Origin: Eledone cirrhosa
Taxonomy: Eukaryota
DNA length: 64,000 bases
Assembly (NCBI GenBank): GCA_964016885.1
Contig: CAXHJY010000786.1
Coordinates: forward strand, 1-64,000
Reading direction: 5' to 3'
Shown here: in pieces, positions 11,337 through 25,512 of the stretch
Layout of the letters: every line of letters begins with the position of its first letter
How positions within the stretch are numbered: position 1 is the first letter of the stretch
Program-made: the position numbers and the translations under genes
The notes under the pieces: generated by a model
Database searches by the model: none
What the model saw: only the letters and a program-made list of their open reading frames with translations
Told to the model about the DNA's origin: nothing

Positions 11337-12204
11337 TATATATATATATATATATATATATCATTATTTAACTCATAATAAGTATCATTGGAAACAGAGA
11401 CAAAATGAGAAAGAAAAAATATCCTTTCACAGAAAGATAATGTTTCCAAAATCACAGAGAACATTCAAATTTTTATCATTAAATGTGTAAAAGAAGATAG
11501 TACAATAAAAACTGTTACGAGAGAGCAAGGTGATTCACATTCATTTCAGTATCATCACTTGCAAATCATTGTTGCTTTAACATCACCCAATAAATATTTA
11601 TCCAAACCTACTTCAGATACTTCTATACAATACTGTTCGTTTCATAATGCAAAACACAAGAATTCCAAGAGTCTCATGAATGTTTCCGCCAGCAGTAATG
11701 CACTTCAATATTATAATTCTCTTTTAACTTTACATATTTGTGTTTTTGGAAATTTAGAAATTCCTTTCAAAAGCAACTTCAGAACATAAAAAGGAACACC
11801 CATCCCTTTGATAAAGTCATGTGAATATCCCATTTAATACACGTTTGAAATGTTTGTTAATCTCAATCTAGGTCAATAGCATAGATTGACATCGACAATA
11901 ATTCTAAATGAATTTTAAACATATTTCATAGTCTATTATTGTTATTATTTTTAACATCACTATTATTATTATTTTGCGCGTTATCATCGCATTTCCGAGC
12001 GCAGCTCTGTGTTCCTTGGGTATGCGCAGTGTTGTTTTTGGTGGTGTTTGTTCTATTATATTGTGAGTACTCTTCATAATATGTGTACAGTACCTAGAAG
12101 TGATATTGTTTGTATGTTGTATATATTTGTAAGTCCTGGAGTTTTGGTTATGTATCTGTCTGCAAGCTTTTTATCATTCCATGAGCACCTATAATTATAG
12201 GTAT

Positions 12205-12336
12205 GGCCCTTTAAGTTCTCAGTTCAAATCCGCCGAGGTTAACTTTGCCTTTCATCCTTACGGGGTCGATAAAATAAAGTACCAGTAATGCACTGGGTAA
12301 TTTGCTGGCCTTGTGCCTAAAGTAGAAACAATTATT
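12205..12336 (+). mobile_element. 5'-truncated SINE
   Basis: B-box, core and tail match the family. Confidence 0.85.
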
Positions 12337-12460
12337 ATATCTTTCTGCGCATGTACAAAAATATCGCACTCATCTGTGTACGGAAATTCCGCCAACAGTA
12401 CTTAACCTTCATATTGGCACCAAAGTCTTTTCCTGAAAATCTTCCTTGTTTATTGTTGGT

Positions 12461-12616
12461 TAAATAAATTAGTCTATTTGAATCTCTTATCACAGATTGA
12501 ATATTCTCTCACCTTTGGATATTATATTTATAACAATATATATATAGTATTGTTATAAATATAATATCCAAAGGTGAGAGAATATTCAATCTGTGATAAG
12601 AGATTCAAATAGACTA

Positions 12617-12625
<9 letters not shown>
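12461..12625. repeat. Perfect ~78-bp inverted repeat with a (TA) spacer
   Basis: 12461-12538 is the reverse complement of 12548-12625. Confidence 0.9.
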
Positions 12626-12668
<43 letters not shown>

Positions 12669-12822
12669 TGCGTAGTTTCCGAATAACTTACCCAGTTATT
12701 GAACGCTCTGGGGGTAGATATATTGAAGTGTTGAAATATCCGAGACCCTAGTAGACAACTGATGAGGACCCCCCCCCACCACCACCATTCTTGCTTTCTT
12801 CTTATTCTCATTCCATTTTAAT

Positions 12823-12860
<38 letters not shown>

Positions 12861-13689
12861 TTAGTTCCATAATATACTATCAAGACATTTTTTAGTTTGC
12901 AAATATGTTGTGGAACTAACTCTATATCGAACTCGTCCTATAGACTGAGTGTTCCACTTATCACAGATATAACCTCCTGTTATTCTACTACTACATTTAT
13001 ATGTACATATACACACACACATATATATATATGTCTATATACATATATAGAGTGCTCAACCGGCATACCACCTATGGACGCATCCAAGCAACGTTACTAC
13101 AAATATATATATATATATAGATGTATATGTATACACAACCACATATATATATATATATATGTATGTGTGTATTTTAAGAATTACTAATGTCTCTGAACAG
13201 TACTTTGCGGAAGCATAACTATGTGTCAGGTTTTCCATCTAAATATGGTATTTAATTACATTCCTTTCTCATAGATATGCCTTCGTCCAATGTGTCTTTA
13301 AAATATTTCTTGCTGCAATAAGAATGCGAAATGACTTCAACGTCTTGTATTAAATAAAGATTCCTAACTGGTACGTGACGGCTACACAGGAGAGACTTGT
13401 ATCCGTCTGTAGGAAGGAATAATTTTGAAACCACAATAGTTTATCTAAAAGTGACCTGTTAATGACTCAAAATTTTCACACAGCTGCAAATATAAACGAA
13501 TTCATGTAATATATTTTGTTTTATGAGTGTAGTGAACAAATGGAAGAGGATAATTTACAATAAGCAAATTTGAAGGATAAAATATACTCTATTATATATA
13601 CAAACAATGAAGACTGTATACAAAATTACCTCTTTTTTCTTTCACTACAGATAGTCAAATTATTACCAGTCGTCCCACGACCACCATAA

Positions 13690-13925
13690 CCACTGCTACT
13701 ACTGTGGCTACTACTACTACTACTACTACTACTTCACTGCTACTACTAACACCACTACTACTACTAACACCTACTACTACTACTAACACCTACTACTACT
13801 ACTAACACCACTACTACTACTAACACCACTACTACTACTAACACCACTACTACTACTAACACCACTAGTACTACCACCGCCACTACCACCACAACCACTA
13901 CTACAACTAGTATTACTACTACCTA
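13690..13925. repeat. (ACT/ACC)n trinucleotide-derived repeat
   Basis: Direct reading. Confidence 0.9.
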
Positions 13926-14204
13926 CTACGTGTTTTCCCCACATTGTAATGATGTTGTTGGCAGTGATACAACATATTTAAAATGGTGAAGTTAGAGTAG
14001 AGAGAATACTAAGTTATTTTCATACAGATAAATCCTTTCGGTCTGCACCATTTCCAGATATAATGTCTTCCTCTTGAACGATGGTAACATTAGGTTTAAT
14101 AGAGGTTTGTCTATTATTTATATAAGATGTAGTACAACTACATAATTTCTCTCCCGTTGGCTTAATGGTGTACGTTGTTGACTGGAAAAATAGAATATTT
14201 TGCC

Positions 14205-14360
14205 GACTCTTTTATAAAGGAGATAAGAAAGTGTCGTTAAGGGATACTAAAACCTCATTTTAAGCATGCTCTCCGTGTAGCCAATTCTACAGACTCTTTT
14301 ATAAAGGAGACGAGAAAGTGTTGTTATGGGATACTAAAACGTCGTTTTAAGCATGCTCTC
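14205..14360. repeat. ~70-bp direct duplication
   Basis: gactctttttataaaggaga...ttttaagcatgctctc occurs twice. Confidence 0.8.
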
Positions 14361-14439
14361 TGATATAAATATAGAGCTCATATTTAAAAATATATACATA
14401 ACATGTATATATTGTAAAATATATACATGTTCTGTATAT

Positions 14440-14485
<46 letters not shown>

Positions 14486-15014
14486 ATATATACAGAACAT
14501 GTCTGAGAGGTATCTTGTTTATTCTAAACTTACTAATAAATAAATGTGTTTTTATTTCATTGAGATTTATCATACATACCATTACACTTACATAAGCAGA
14601 TATTTACACACATATGCATACAACACGTTCCAACACCATGGTAATTAATAAAATAAAAATAAAAATAATAATATACAGGCTTTTGGGATATGTTAATATT
14701 GATCTTTTACACTGATATGATTTCAAATAGTAAATTTTTTTATATTCATATATATTGTATTTATTCTATCATAACTCGTTTCTTTATTTATTAGCTATCT
14801 GTATTTCACATATATGTATATATATATATTTATATATATATATGTGTGTGTCTGTGTGTGTGTATTTATACATGTGTGTGTATGTTTATACATATATGTA
14901 TGTGTGTGTGTATATATTTATATATATATATCTTTATTTGTATATGTATGTATGTGTATATATATATCTTACTTTATTTATATATATATATCTTTATTTA
15001 TATATGTATATCTT

Positions 15015-15072
<58 letters not shown>

Positions 15073-15401
15073 GTGTATGTATGTATAAATATGTGCGTGT
15101 GTGTGTATCTGTATGTGTAATTACAAGATGGTAGTAAGAGAGCTCATGTATTTTTATTATTGTGTGTGTGTGCTTTTGTATACATCGGTTATTATTTTTT
15201 CCGAATCTGGTGACAAACTCCAGAGTTGTTTGTAAAGAAGCTACATGCAATCTCCAAACTTCATTTTTTTTATTTCCATTTTGGAGCGAGAGCATTGATA
15301 ACTGTAACATAATATGACTAAGCTCACACAAGTGTTAGGATAAACCGACAAGTACCTTTACACACGCACAATAACACACACACACACATATACATATACG
15401 C

Positions 15402-15435
<34 letters not shown>

Positions 15436-15477
15436 GTGAGAATATATGTATACAGTTATATACACATGCCCACACAC

Positions 15478-15513
<36 letters not shown>

Positions 15514-15608
15514 CATGTGTGTTTATTATAATTTATAGTAGCACAGAATTAATAAATTCCGAACACCAATTTTTGTGATAGAAAGGAAAGAAATATGAAA
15601 TACATGTA

Positions 15609-15647
<39 letters not shown>

Positions 15648-16465
15648 AATATTTTTACTTATATATATATATATATATGTGCTTTTATTTTCATTAATTC
15701 ATTTTTCTCTATGTACTTTCTTTAATAATGAAAGCAAAAATACAAAAATGCTGTGCATAATAATAATAATAATAATAATGGGGGGGGGGGGGGCAGAAGT
15801 AGGAGGAGAATGCTTTTATGGAAGGGGAATTGACAACAATGACGATAACGTAAATGTGGAAGACGGACAAGGTAGGGAGGCTGACATGAAAGATTCTGAT
15901 TGTCATTCTGATAATGTTGATAATACAGTTAATGATGTTAATGATGATGTTGATAATAATGGTGAATACGATAATGCTTGTGGTTATGATGGTGATGGTC
16001 ATTAAAATGATGATGATGATGGAATTGTAGATGTTGGTGATAACGGAATTGTTGGTGTTGGTGATGATGATGATCATGATGATGATGATGAAATTGTTGA
16101 TGATAATGAAATTGTTGATGTTGATGATGATGATGATGAAATTGTTGATGTTGATGATGATGGAATTGTTGATGGTGGTGATGATGAATTACATTCTATG
16201 TTTAATAAACACTAAATAACAGATTTTGCTCACATGAAATGCTTGGAAAGGATATGAGATAAAATGGAAATGAAATGGATCTCAACACGAGATGTCGCTG
16301 CATGTTTCACGAAATATACCAATAAAGACATCGCCATCACCATCATCATCTCTAACAGTAACAACAACGACTGCAACAACAGCAATATCAACAAGAACGA
16401 CTATAACAACAACAATACCAACAACAATATCAACAATATATATATTTATTATTAGTTCAGATTTA

Positions 16466-16685
16466 GTGCGGTGGATTGACTGTATGGGTAGAGGGTCGTA
16501 CGTCTTGCTTTGCAGCATAGAGTTACAGCCCTTTACGGCCTGATTTCAAATCTCACCGCGGTTAACTTTGCCTTTCATCCTTACGAGGTCGATAAAATAA
16601 AGTACCAGTCACGCACTGGGGTCAATTTAATCGACGTTCCCCTCCCACAAAATTGCTGGCCTTGTGCCTATATAAGAAACCATTA
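16466..16685 (+). mobile_element. SINE, long subtype (with ggtcaatttaatcgac..cccctccc insert), with TSD
   Basis: TSD attattagttcag at 16448-16460 and 16682-16694. Confidence 0.9.
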
Positions 16686-16694
16686 TTAGTTCAG

Positions 16695-16933
16695 GTTGAG
16701 GAATGTCTTCTGAAACTTAGAAAAATCAATCTGTAGACGCAAAAGTAAATATTGGCAAAAACCAACCGAGAGGAGAGCCAGGGGGAGACTTCGAGCAAGA
16801 TGGGTTGGATAACATCCATAAGCTCAGAAGGTCTCGTTTCCATCATTTGGAAACAGTTGCTTCTGACAGGACCCGCTGGAACGAGTGTTTGAGGACTCTG
16901 TCCACACAAGCTTCTCAGGAATAAGTGGGCGAA

Positions 16934-16935
<2 letters not shown>
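16695..16935 (+). mobile_element. RTE-type LINE 3' end, decayed
   Basis: Translates, with one frameshift, as RRARGRLRARW/LDNIHKL...VASDRTRW, typical of the RTE C-terminus; ends at (TA)n. Confidence 0.7.
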
Positions 16936-16985
<50 letters not shown>

Positions 16986-17008
16986 TTGTGTGTATATATT
17001 TATACGTG

Positions 17009-17040
<32 letters not shown>

Positions 17041-17266
17041 CCCACATAATGTTGCCATAAATTTATATACCTATCGGACTGTATAATTTGAAATGTGTGC
17101 ATCCCAAAGCAATGATCAAAATAATTGAATAACTACCTCTGGAAGCGGAATAAAAGGAGATATCTGTGTGGTTGTGTGTGTATGATTTTGTGCATGTGTG
17201 TGGGTCCTGTGTGTATTTGTCTGCGCAGGCGTGCATGCGTATCTGTGTCTGAGTGTATATAATATA

Positions 17267-17644
17267 CTAGCAGTTTTACCCGGCGTTGCTCGGTGTTTGA
17301 AATGCAACAAAGAATAAACAAGAAACAAACGATAATATTAGTGATTTATCTTCAAATGAATCTGATGTTTATATTTCTGTCAATAAAGTTGGTTATCTCC
17401 CTTTTTTATAAGGATTGTCAATAAACTTTATCTCGCTTACATCAATTTTGCTACCGATAATTTTGATATCGATTTTTTATTGCTCAACGTGGGTCGATTT
17501 GAAAAATGTTTGATGTGACAATCTTAGCGACCTGTGCAACGTGCACAGAAATTTTGGTCAAATTCAGTTGGTAATTGTAAAAGCCTTAAGTATGCAAAGT
17601 TGTACACATACACACACACATCGTCGCTTTTATATACATACAGA
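17267..17644 (-). mobile_element. Non-autonomous Helitron
   Basis: On minus: A|TC 5' end (tctgtatgtatataaaagcg), 3' GC-rich hairpin ccgagcaacgccggg, then CTAG|T; internal (CA)n. Confidence 0.75.
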
Positions 17645-18029
17645 TATATATATTTATAAACGAATTATTTAAATGACGCCTCGGATTCGTTCTTTTCTGA
17701 ATTTAAGAAATTGTAGAAGGATAGAAATATCAACCATATTTAGATCTGATCATAAATAAAAGAACATAACTAAGAAATGAGTTCATATCTTGACCTACAG
17801 ATTCTGCAACTAAGCACCTTTAACATGTGAATGAATGAATATATAAATATATAAACAAAAGAGGAATGGAGGTCAATGGATGAAGAGGTTTGTAAATAGG
17901 AATTATATGAAGGGCCGGGTAAATCAAGGTTAACATTTTTATAATTATTCAAACATAAGAGGCATCACATCACATGCCTAAACTTGAATTGAATGTTAAT
18001 GAAATATAGTTTCTTAGAAAGGAATATCG

Positions 18030-18680
18030 CGTGATGAGGATAATAAAAGAGATGATCGTGGTGGTGATGATGAGGTTGATGGTGATGTGGATGATGTTGA
18101 TGGGGGTGGTGGTGATGATGATGATGGTGATGGTGGGGGTGATGATGTCGATGGAAATGATGGTGATGAGGATGTTCATGAGGAGCATGATGATGATGAT
18201 AATGATTGTGGTAGTGGTGGTGAAGAGGATGATGTTGGTGGTGGTGATGGTGATGATGATGATGACGATAATGGTGGTTGTGAGGAGGAGGTGGAAGCCA
18301 GAAAATTGTAGGAGAAAGCGATGGACATTAGTGATGGTGATGATGATGATGTAAAGTGATTGATGGTTAGAGGGGCTTGGCTGGTGCTGGTGGTGATAAC
18401 AATGATCCTAATGGTAATGATGATGATGACGAAGGTGATGGAGGTGTTGATGGTGGTGATGGTTGTATTGGTGTGAAGTCGGTGATGGTGATGTTGGTGG
18501 TGGTGTTAAGGTGGTTGTGGTGTTTGTGGTGGTGTTGGTGGTGGTGCTGGTGTTTGTGGTGTTAGGGTGGTGGTGGTGCTGGTGTTAAAGGTGGTGTTGG
18601 TCTGGAGTTTGTAGTGGTGGTGGTGGTGGTGTTGGGTGGCATTGGTGGTGGTGTTGGTGGTGGTGTTGGTGTTATCGACG
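18030..18680. repeat. (GAT/GGT)n low-complexity tract
   Basis: Direct reading. Confidence 0.9.
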
Positions 18681-18849
18681 TTGATAGTGAAGATAAAGAT
18701 GATGATTGTTAGTACAGTATTATTGAGGATGAAAATAGCAATAATGGACTTCATGTTGTAAATTTATGATGTTTATGTGTCAAGATAATACATACGGATG
18801 CTGATAACGAATGCGTTGAGAGTCAGTAGGGTGTGATAACAAAGATGAT

Positions 18850-18936
18850 GATAATGGTTTCTGATTTAGGCACAAGGCCAACAATTGTGGGGGAGGAGAA
18901 ATTCGATTATATCGACTCCAGTGCGTTACTGGTACT
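18850..18936 (-). mobile_element. SINE 3' fragment
   Basis: Tail matches the family. Confidence 0.75.
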
Positions 18937-19220
18937 AATATCCAGAGTACAGATACGGCTATTGAGAAGATGAACGCTGTCGAGCTAAGGCAAGATTATG
19001 TTAATATTCTGGATTTAAAGTTGGTTGAAAGGATTTAAAGTTGGTTGAAAGGAATAATGATGGCGTAAAACCTATGAACCTAAGATAGACAAAACAATTA
19101 AAAGAAACGACAGCTCAGTGAAACAAGTTCGTCCCATACGTTGAGGCGAAGAATATTCAACAAAGGAACAACATCCATCAATAAAGCAGCAGCAAATGTG
19201 TATCAAAACAAGAGAAAACT

Positions 19221-19497
19221 CTATGTTGCGGAGTATGGTGTCGGGCGCTCTACCGATAGTGCCAACCCACCGCCCTTAATAATAATGGTTTCTTATAGAT
19301 GCTCAAAGCCAGCAATTTTTTGGGGAGGGGAAAGTCGATTATATCGACCCCAGTCCGTGACTAGTACTTTATTTTATCGACCCGGTAAGGATGAAAGGCA
19401 AAGTTAACCTCGGCGGGATTTGAACTCATAAAAGGCCGTAACTCTATGCTGCAAAGCATGGCGTCCGACCCTCTACCGATACTGCCAATACCTCGCT
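19221..19497 (-). mobile_element. SINE (long subtype, 19279-19497) plus an adjacent head fragment (19221-19275)
   Basis: Family match. Confidence 0.88.
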
Positions 19498-20711
19498 CTC
19501 ACCACCCTTAATTATAAGAATAATATCACAAACGATAATGTTTAATTTTGATACTATACCAGTAATTTGTTGGGAGGACAAACCCGAATAGATCGTCTGC
19601 TATTTTAGATTTTTGAACCAAGAAAGATGAAATGTAAAATAGACTTCCTGGAGATTTGAACGTAGAACATAAAGAAAAAGAAAAACTGCCACAAAGATAT
19701 TTGATGTTTTAACGACTCTGACAATCCGATAGGAATCATAAACCTCATCAAAACCAACACAACCGCCATTGTCATTATTACCATCAACTTGAAAATCTAC
19801 ATTTTCATCATTATCAACACCAACAAAAATGTTCTCCTTATCATCATCATCATCATCAATACTGTAAACGTCGTGAGCATTAAAGTCATTATCATGAACG
19901 CAATCATCGTCATAATAATAATAATAATATTTATCATCATCATCATCATTATCATCATCATCATCTTCACAATAACTACCTTGTTTAGCGTTAACTTTTA
20001 CGCTAGTCACTGTCTATACGTGTAGATGCTGTCTGCGTGTGTATGTATATATATATATATAATGTGTGTGTATGTATGTGTGTATGTGTGTGTGTATGTG
20101 GACGCACAAATAGTCTAGTTATAGAAAGTTCTTTGTAAGCACACAGCCACACACACTCACACACAGCCACACACACACACACACACATGCATGTATATAC
20201 ACATTCAATAAAATGTATAATCGCATGTTATATAATATTAAGCACTTGCGCATGCGCTTGGCATCATAGACGTTTGATAGGCTGATTAAATCAAATACAG
20301 AACGGTGATTTTCAATTGTTGATGCCTACAGTGAGAGAGTAAGGGAGATATGATAAGTGTGGGGGGAGGTGAAGAATATGTAAATAGTGATAAGGTGGCG
20401 GGATACAGCTGCAGAGGGGAGTTACAGACACATTAGACACCGAAACAAATATTGATATTGGCATGGAATCATGTATGGATGGGATCCGTTATTTGGCAGA
20501 CGATCAAACTTGGTTGCCACTTCTACTATCACATAGTAGTGGCTAGGTCATTATAAATGTAAAATAAATGATAATAAATAAAAACAAACAACAAAACGAC
20601 AAATAGACATTGATATTAACGAGGACACCGATGGTGGTTGTGATGAAGATGGTGGTTGTGATGAAGATGGTGATGGTAAGAAAATCATCAACAGCAATAA
20701 ATACTGCTGAT

Positions 20712-20899
20712 AATAATTGTTTCAACTTTAGGCACAAGGCCAGCAAATACTCAGTGCATTACTGGTACTTTATTTTATCGACCCCGTAAGGATGAAAGGC
20801 AAAGTCAACCTCGGTGGGATTTGAACTCAGATCGTAAGGGACGTAACTATGCATCAAAGCATGGTGTCCGACCCTCTACCGATTCTGCCACTCCACCCA
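20712..20899 (-). mobile_element. SINE, short subtype
   Basis: Family match; degenerate TSD aatactg/actg/aataataattg. Confidence 0.9.
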
Positions 20900-21024
20900 A
20901 ATACTACTAATAATAATTGCTTTAATTTGGAATGTATTACGTTCAACTAATAATTCCGGTACATTCAAATTCTTAGTTTCAATGCTCTGCCTCACCAACC
21001 AATCTTTAGTATCTGATGCCCTTC

Positions 21025-21240
21025 CTTCCTTCCATAGATATAACTATCCTTCCATAGATACAGCTATCCTTCCATACAGACATCTATCCTTCCATAGATA
21101 CATCTATCCTTCTGTAGATACATCTATCCTTCCATACATACATCTATCCTTCCATAGATACATCTATCCTTCCATAGATACATCTATCCTTCCATAGATC
21201 CATCTATCCTTCCATACATGCATCTATCCTTCCATACATA
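21025..21240. repeat. 20-bp minisatellite (catctatccttccatagata)
   Basis: About 10 units. Confidence 0.92.
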
Positions 21241-24089
21241 CATGTAATAATTGCATGTACACATGTACAGATACAAAACATATACACATGCACACATATA
21301 ACTCAAAATATACACATCCACGCATACAATAACATCCATACTTGCACACACACAGACACACGCACACACACGCACACACATACACACACATACACACACA
21401 TACACACACATACACACACACACAAACTCACAAACACACATGCAGACAACTAGTTGATGTTGTCTAAATTCCAATAAAAGAGTCTTGTATCTGTTAAAAG
21501 CCGACTCTTAGTCTATTGGAAACAATTTGTGAAATTATAAAACCAGAAGAACATACATACATCTATTCATTCATAAATACATACATATATATATTCATTT
21601 ATACATACATATATCTATATTTACATAAATACATACATACATACAAAGATTTTGCATCTAATAACTGCATCAATAACACATGTACAGATAGTAAGCATAT
21701 ACACATGCACACATACAACTCAAAATATACACATCCACACATACAATAACATCCATACCTACAGATGCAGACATGCAGACATACATATCTACCTTGTTGA
21801 TGTTGTGTAAATTCCAATGAGAGAGTCTTGTGTCTATGTTAGAAACCGACTCTCTCTCTATTGGAAAAAAATTGTAAAATTATAAAAGCAGAAGAATATA
21901 CATATATAAATACATACATACATCTATTTATACATACATTAATGTAGGTAGAAATTCGCATACATGAACGATTTTATTTCGTATAATTTTTATGTTCGTA
22001 TAACTTATAATTCGAGGGAATTCTATGAATTATGTGACATTATATATACATTGACATTAATCCACTTTCAACACATATTGATATTTCACTCTGAGGTAAA
22101 AGAAAAGCGAAATTATTGTAATACATAATTTTCTTCTTCTCTGCAAGAATATATATTTGCCTTAACTAATTGCTACAACTACAATACAAGATTGGTTTGT
22201 GTTTACTTAATTTAAATATGTCACTTGATATCTCGGTTGGAAACATTAATCTTAAATGCAATTATATATTTATATCAGATTTTAATATATTAAACTTAAT
22301 ATTTTGAATGAGAAGTTAGAAATATATAATGAACACAATTTTATATTAATTCCTTGGGGATTGTAATTGTTTGCGAACGGCAATATAATAACAGAATAAT
22401 TATAATCATATACTACACAATTAGATGTATGGATATAGATTCTATGAACTAGTGTGTGTAAGCAGAGAATGATGAATGGGTGAGATAAATGAGAAATGGA
22501 GAAAATGTGGAGGGAATGGACGTGGTAGTGAGGAAACGTTACTAATGAGGAATAGAGACAAGTAACAACTTGTAACAGAGTTAACTCTGTCCTCTCAAAC
22601 TGATAAAACAGAAATATCAGATTACATCTCACATAGACACTGATATAATAATTTAAGCAGTTTAACTTACTTTTAAACTGATCAAGTATTTTTATGTTAA
22701 TGTCATCCTTTAGAACGTACTGGGATAGAACGTACTTGTATATCGTATTAAGCGACGAGCTTTCAGTTGATAGATAAAGCGAAATCAGACGTCAGATAAA
22801 AACCCAGAAAGATATGCCTGACGTTCTCACTGCATTGTGATGGCTGACTTGATCACAGCTTCAAATATTCATTGTGACAATTTTCTATAATTATTATACA
22901 TAAACATATCGTACGTGCGTTCATATACACCACAATGGAATTCTTGAACATGTAAGGTTTATATCAATTTGTATGTAATATATTCTGGGGAGTTATTTTA
23001 AAGGGAATCGAATATTTTTGTTAGTCTAACGAAACTGTCGTGAATCAATTAAATGCTTTAATTAAAATACTTTTTAATCTTTGTTCTTTATACACACACA
23101 CATATATATCAGAGGTATAAAATTTAGAGTTAAGTATTAAAGGTTACGTTGGTTTAGTGTTAACGCAGTCGTTTGTCATCCAGCAGACGACAATATCCGA
23201 TTGTTTACGTCTCTAGAGGTTTCTTTACTCAACTTGTTCCATTGTTTAGAAATCAAACCTGCGTTGTAGCAGCTTACACTATGATAGCAGGCTGTCAAAA
23301 CATATATAGATGATATTCAAAGCAAAAGCATTGAATATCATAAAATTTCGAAAGAAATATAAAATGTTAAATTAAATACGATTATGACATCGGATCATGT
23401 TAGATATCTCTCTTCTGTTTACTCCAAAACTTTAACTGATCTCATCCAGATATAATATCAACAATAGACATCCAACAGTAGCTAGTTCATTTTCATTGTA
23501 CAATTTGCAGGCCTTGTGTAACTTCAATCCTTTTTTCCTTCCCGTTTTTGTAACAGCAATTTGTGAATTGCGGTAATTTTGGGCTGCTGCAGATAAAACG
23601 ATTGTCTGCAGCCTTTGTTGGTTAAATATTTTAATGCACCAAGTGAATTACATGATATTTTTAATGAAGGCTATATTACTTTTACAGTTGAATTCTCTCG
23701 TCATTTTCAACAGATATGAATTCCAGACGAAGAAATTCAGAATTATTTTTATATCATTCAATAGACTATATCATAAAGGTAAATAGCGAAATACTTCAAG
23801 TTGCGTGCGATATCGTATATATTGTCTTGTGAGACATCTGGTCTGTGACATATCTTTCACAACAAAAGCACCAATGAGTTTAGGCAACCCATTAAGACCA
23901 CACAGATAACACGTATACACATGGACATATATATATATATATGGATATATATATATATATATATATATTAGAGAGAGAGAGAGAAACATAAACCCACACA
24001 CTTATGTACATATATTCTTCTATACACAAACATACACGCACGCTAACATAATTATATACACACACACACACCCACACACACACATATGC

Positions 24090-24154
<65 letters not shown>

Positions 24155-25082
24155 TATGTGTTTAGTGTGAGATCATAAACAACCTATTGCAAAAAAATGG
24201 TTGACACTCACTTCGAATTCCCTATCGATGTTCTGTTTCAGATCGAAATTAAACATTTGTTTATACGTACAATGTATGTATGCATATATATATATATATA
24301 TATATACACTGATACATACGCATACTTATGCCTAACTACCCATGCAGGCACACAACCGCATATTTGCATTTCATGTCATGCAATAAAAACATGAAAACCT
24401 AAATATAGAACGAACACCACCACCACCACCACTACTACTACTACCACCACTACTACTACCACTACCACCACAACTGCTACTACTACTACTACTATTAGTA
24501 CTACTATTATTCATAATAATAATAATAACTATGGAAACAATAACAATTAGAAGGAAAAGATGAAGAAAAAGACGACAAAAAAAAGAAAAAGATGAATTAA
24601 GATGAAGACGAAGGAAAAGATGTAGTAGAACAAGAACGACAGCAGACATAATAATAATGATAATGATAACGATAATGATGATAATAATAATAATAAAATT
24701 GCCCACTACAACAACACTTCATCTATCTGCTAGGTACTTAAACTGGCACGAAACCCTAAATGATTGAATCCTGCTGTTGGTCTGCCAATAATCTCCTCAT
24801 CTAAGGGAAATCTAGACAAAAACAAAAGACCAGGTGAGAAAATTACAGCTGCCGGCCCGTTGGCAAAGCATATTAATGCGTGCAATATTCACCATGATGA
24901 CAAATTATCAGGCACCAACAAACGATAATGGTGTGGATATTTTCATGAGCAAAACTTATTCCATTTTGTAATATAATGTAATATAAAAGGAAAGCAATAT
25001 AGAAAAGAAAAGCGGTGGGAGTTTGCAGATGAGTTATAAAGGGTATGTTGGCATTAGTGAGTGTTTATATGGGAATTTGTTG

Positions 25083-25112
25083 TATATATATATATATATA
25101 TATATACATGTG

Positions 25113-25151
<39 letters not shown>

Positions 25152-25154
25152 GTG

Positions 25155-25186
<32 letters not shown>

Positions 25187-25374
25187 CGTGTATGTATGTA
25201 TGTATATATATATATATATATATACGTGTATGTATGTATGTGTATATATATATATATATATATACGTGTATGTATATATATATATATATATATACGTGTA
25301 TGTATGTATGTATATATATATATATACGTGTATGTATGTATATATATATGTATATATATATATATACGTGTATG

Positions 25375-25409
<35 letters not shown>

Positions 25410-25512
25410 GTGTATGTATGTATGTATGTATATATATATATACGTGTATGTATGTATGTATATATATATATACGTGTATGTATGTATATATGTATGTATA
25501 TAATATATATAT
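25083..25512. repeat. Compound (TA)n/(TGTA)n array punctuated by cgtg
   Basis: Direct reading. Confidence 0.92.

Noticed and set aside
12759-12825. CTGATGA hammerhead start
   Set aside because: No downstream GAAA/NUH or closing stems
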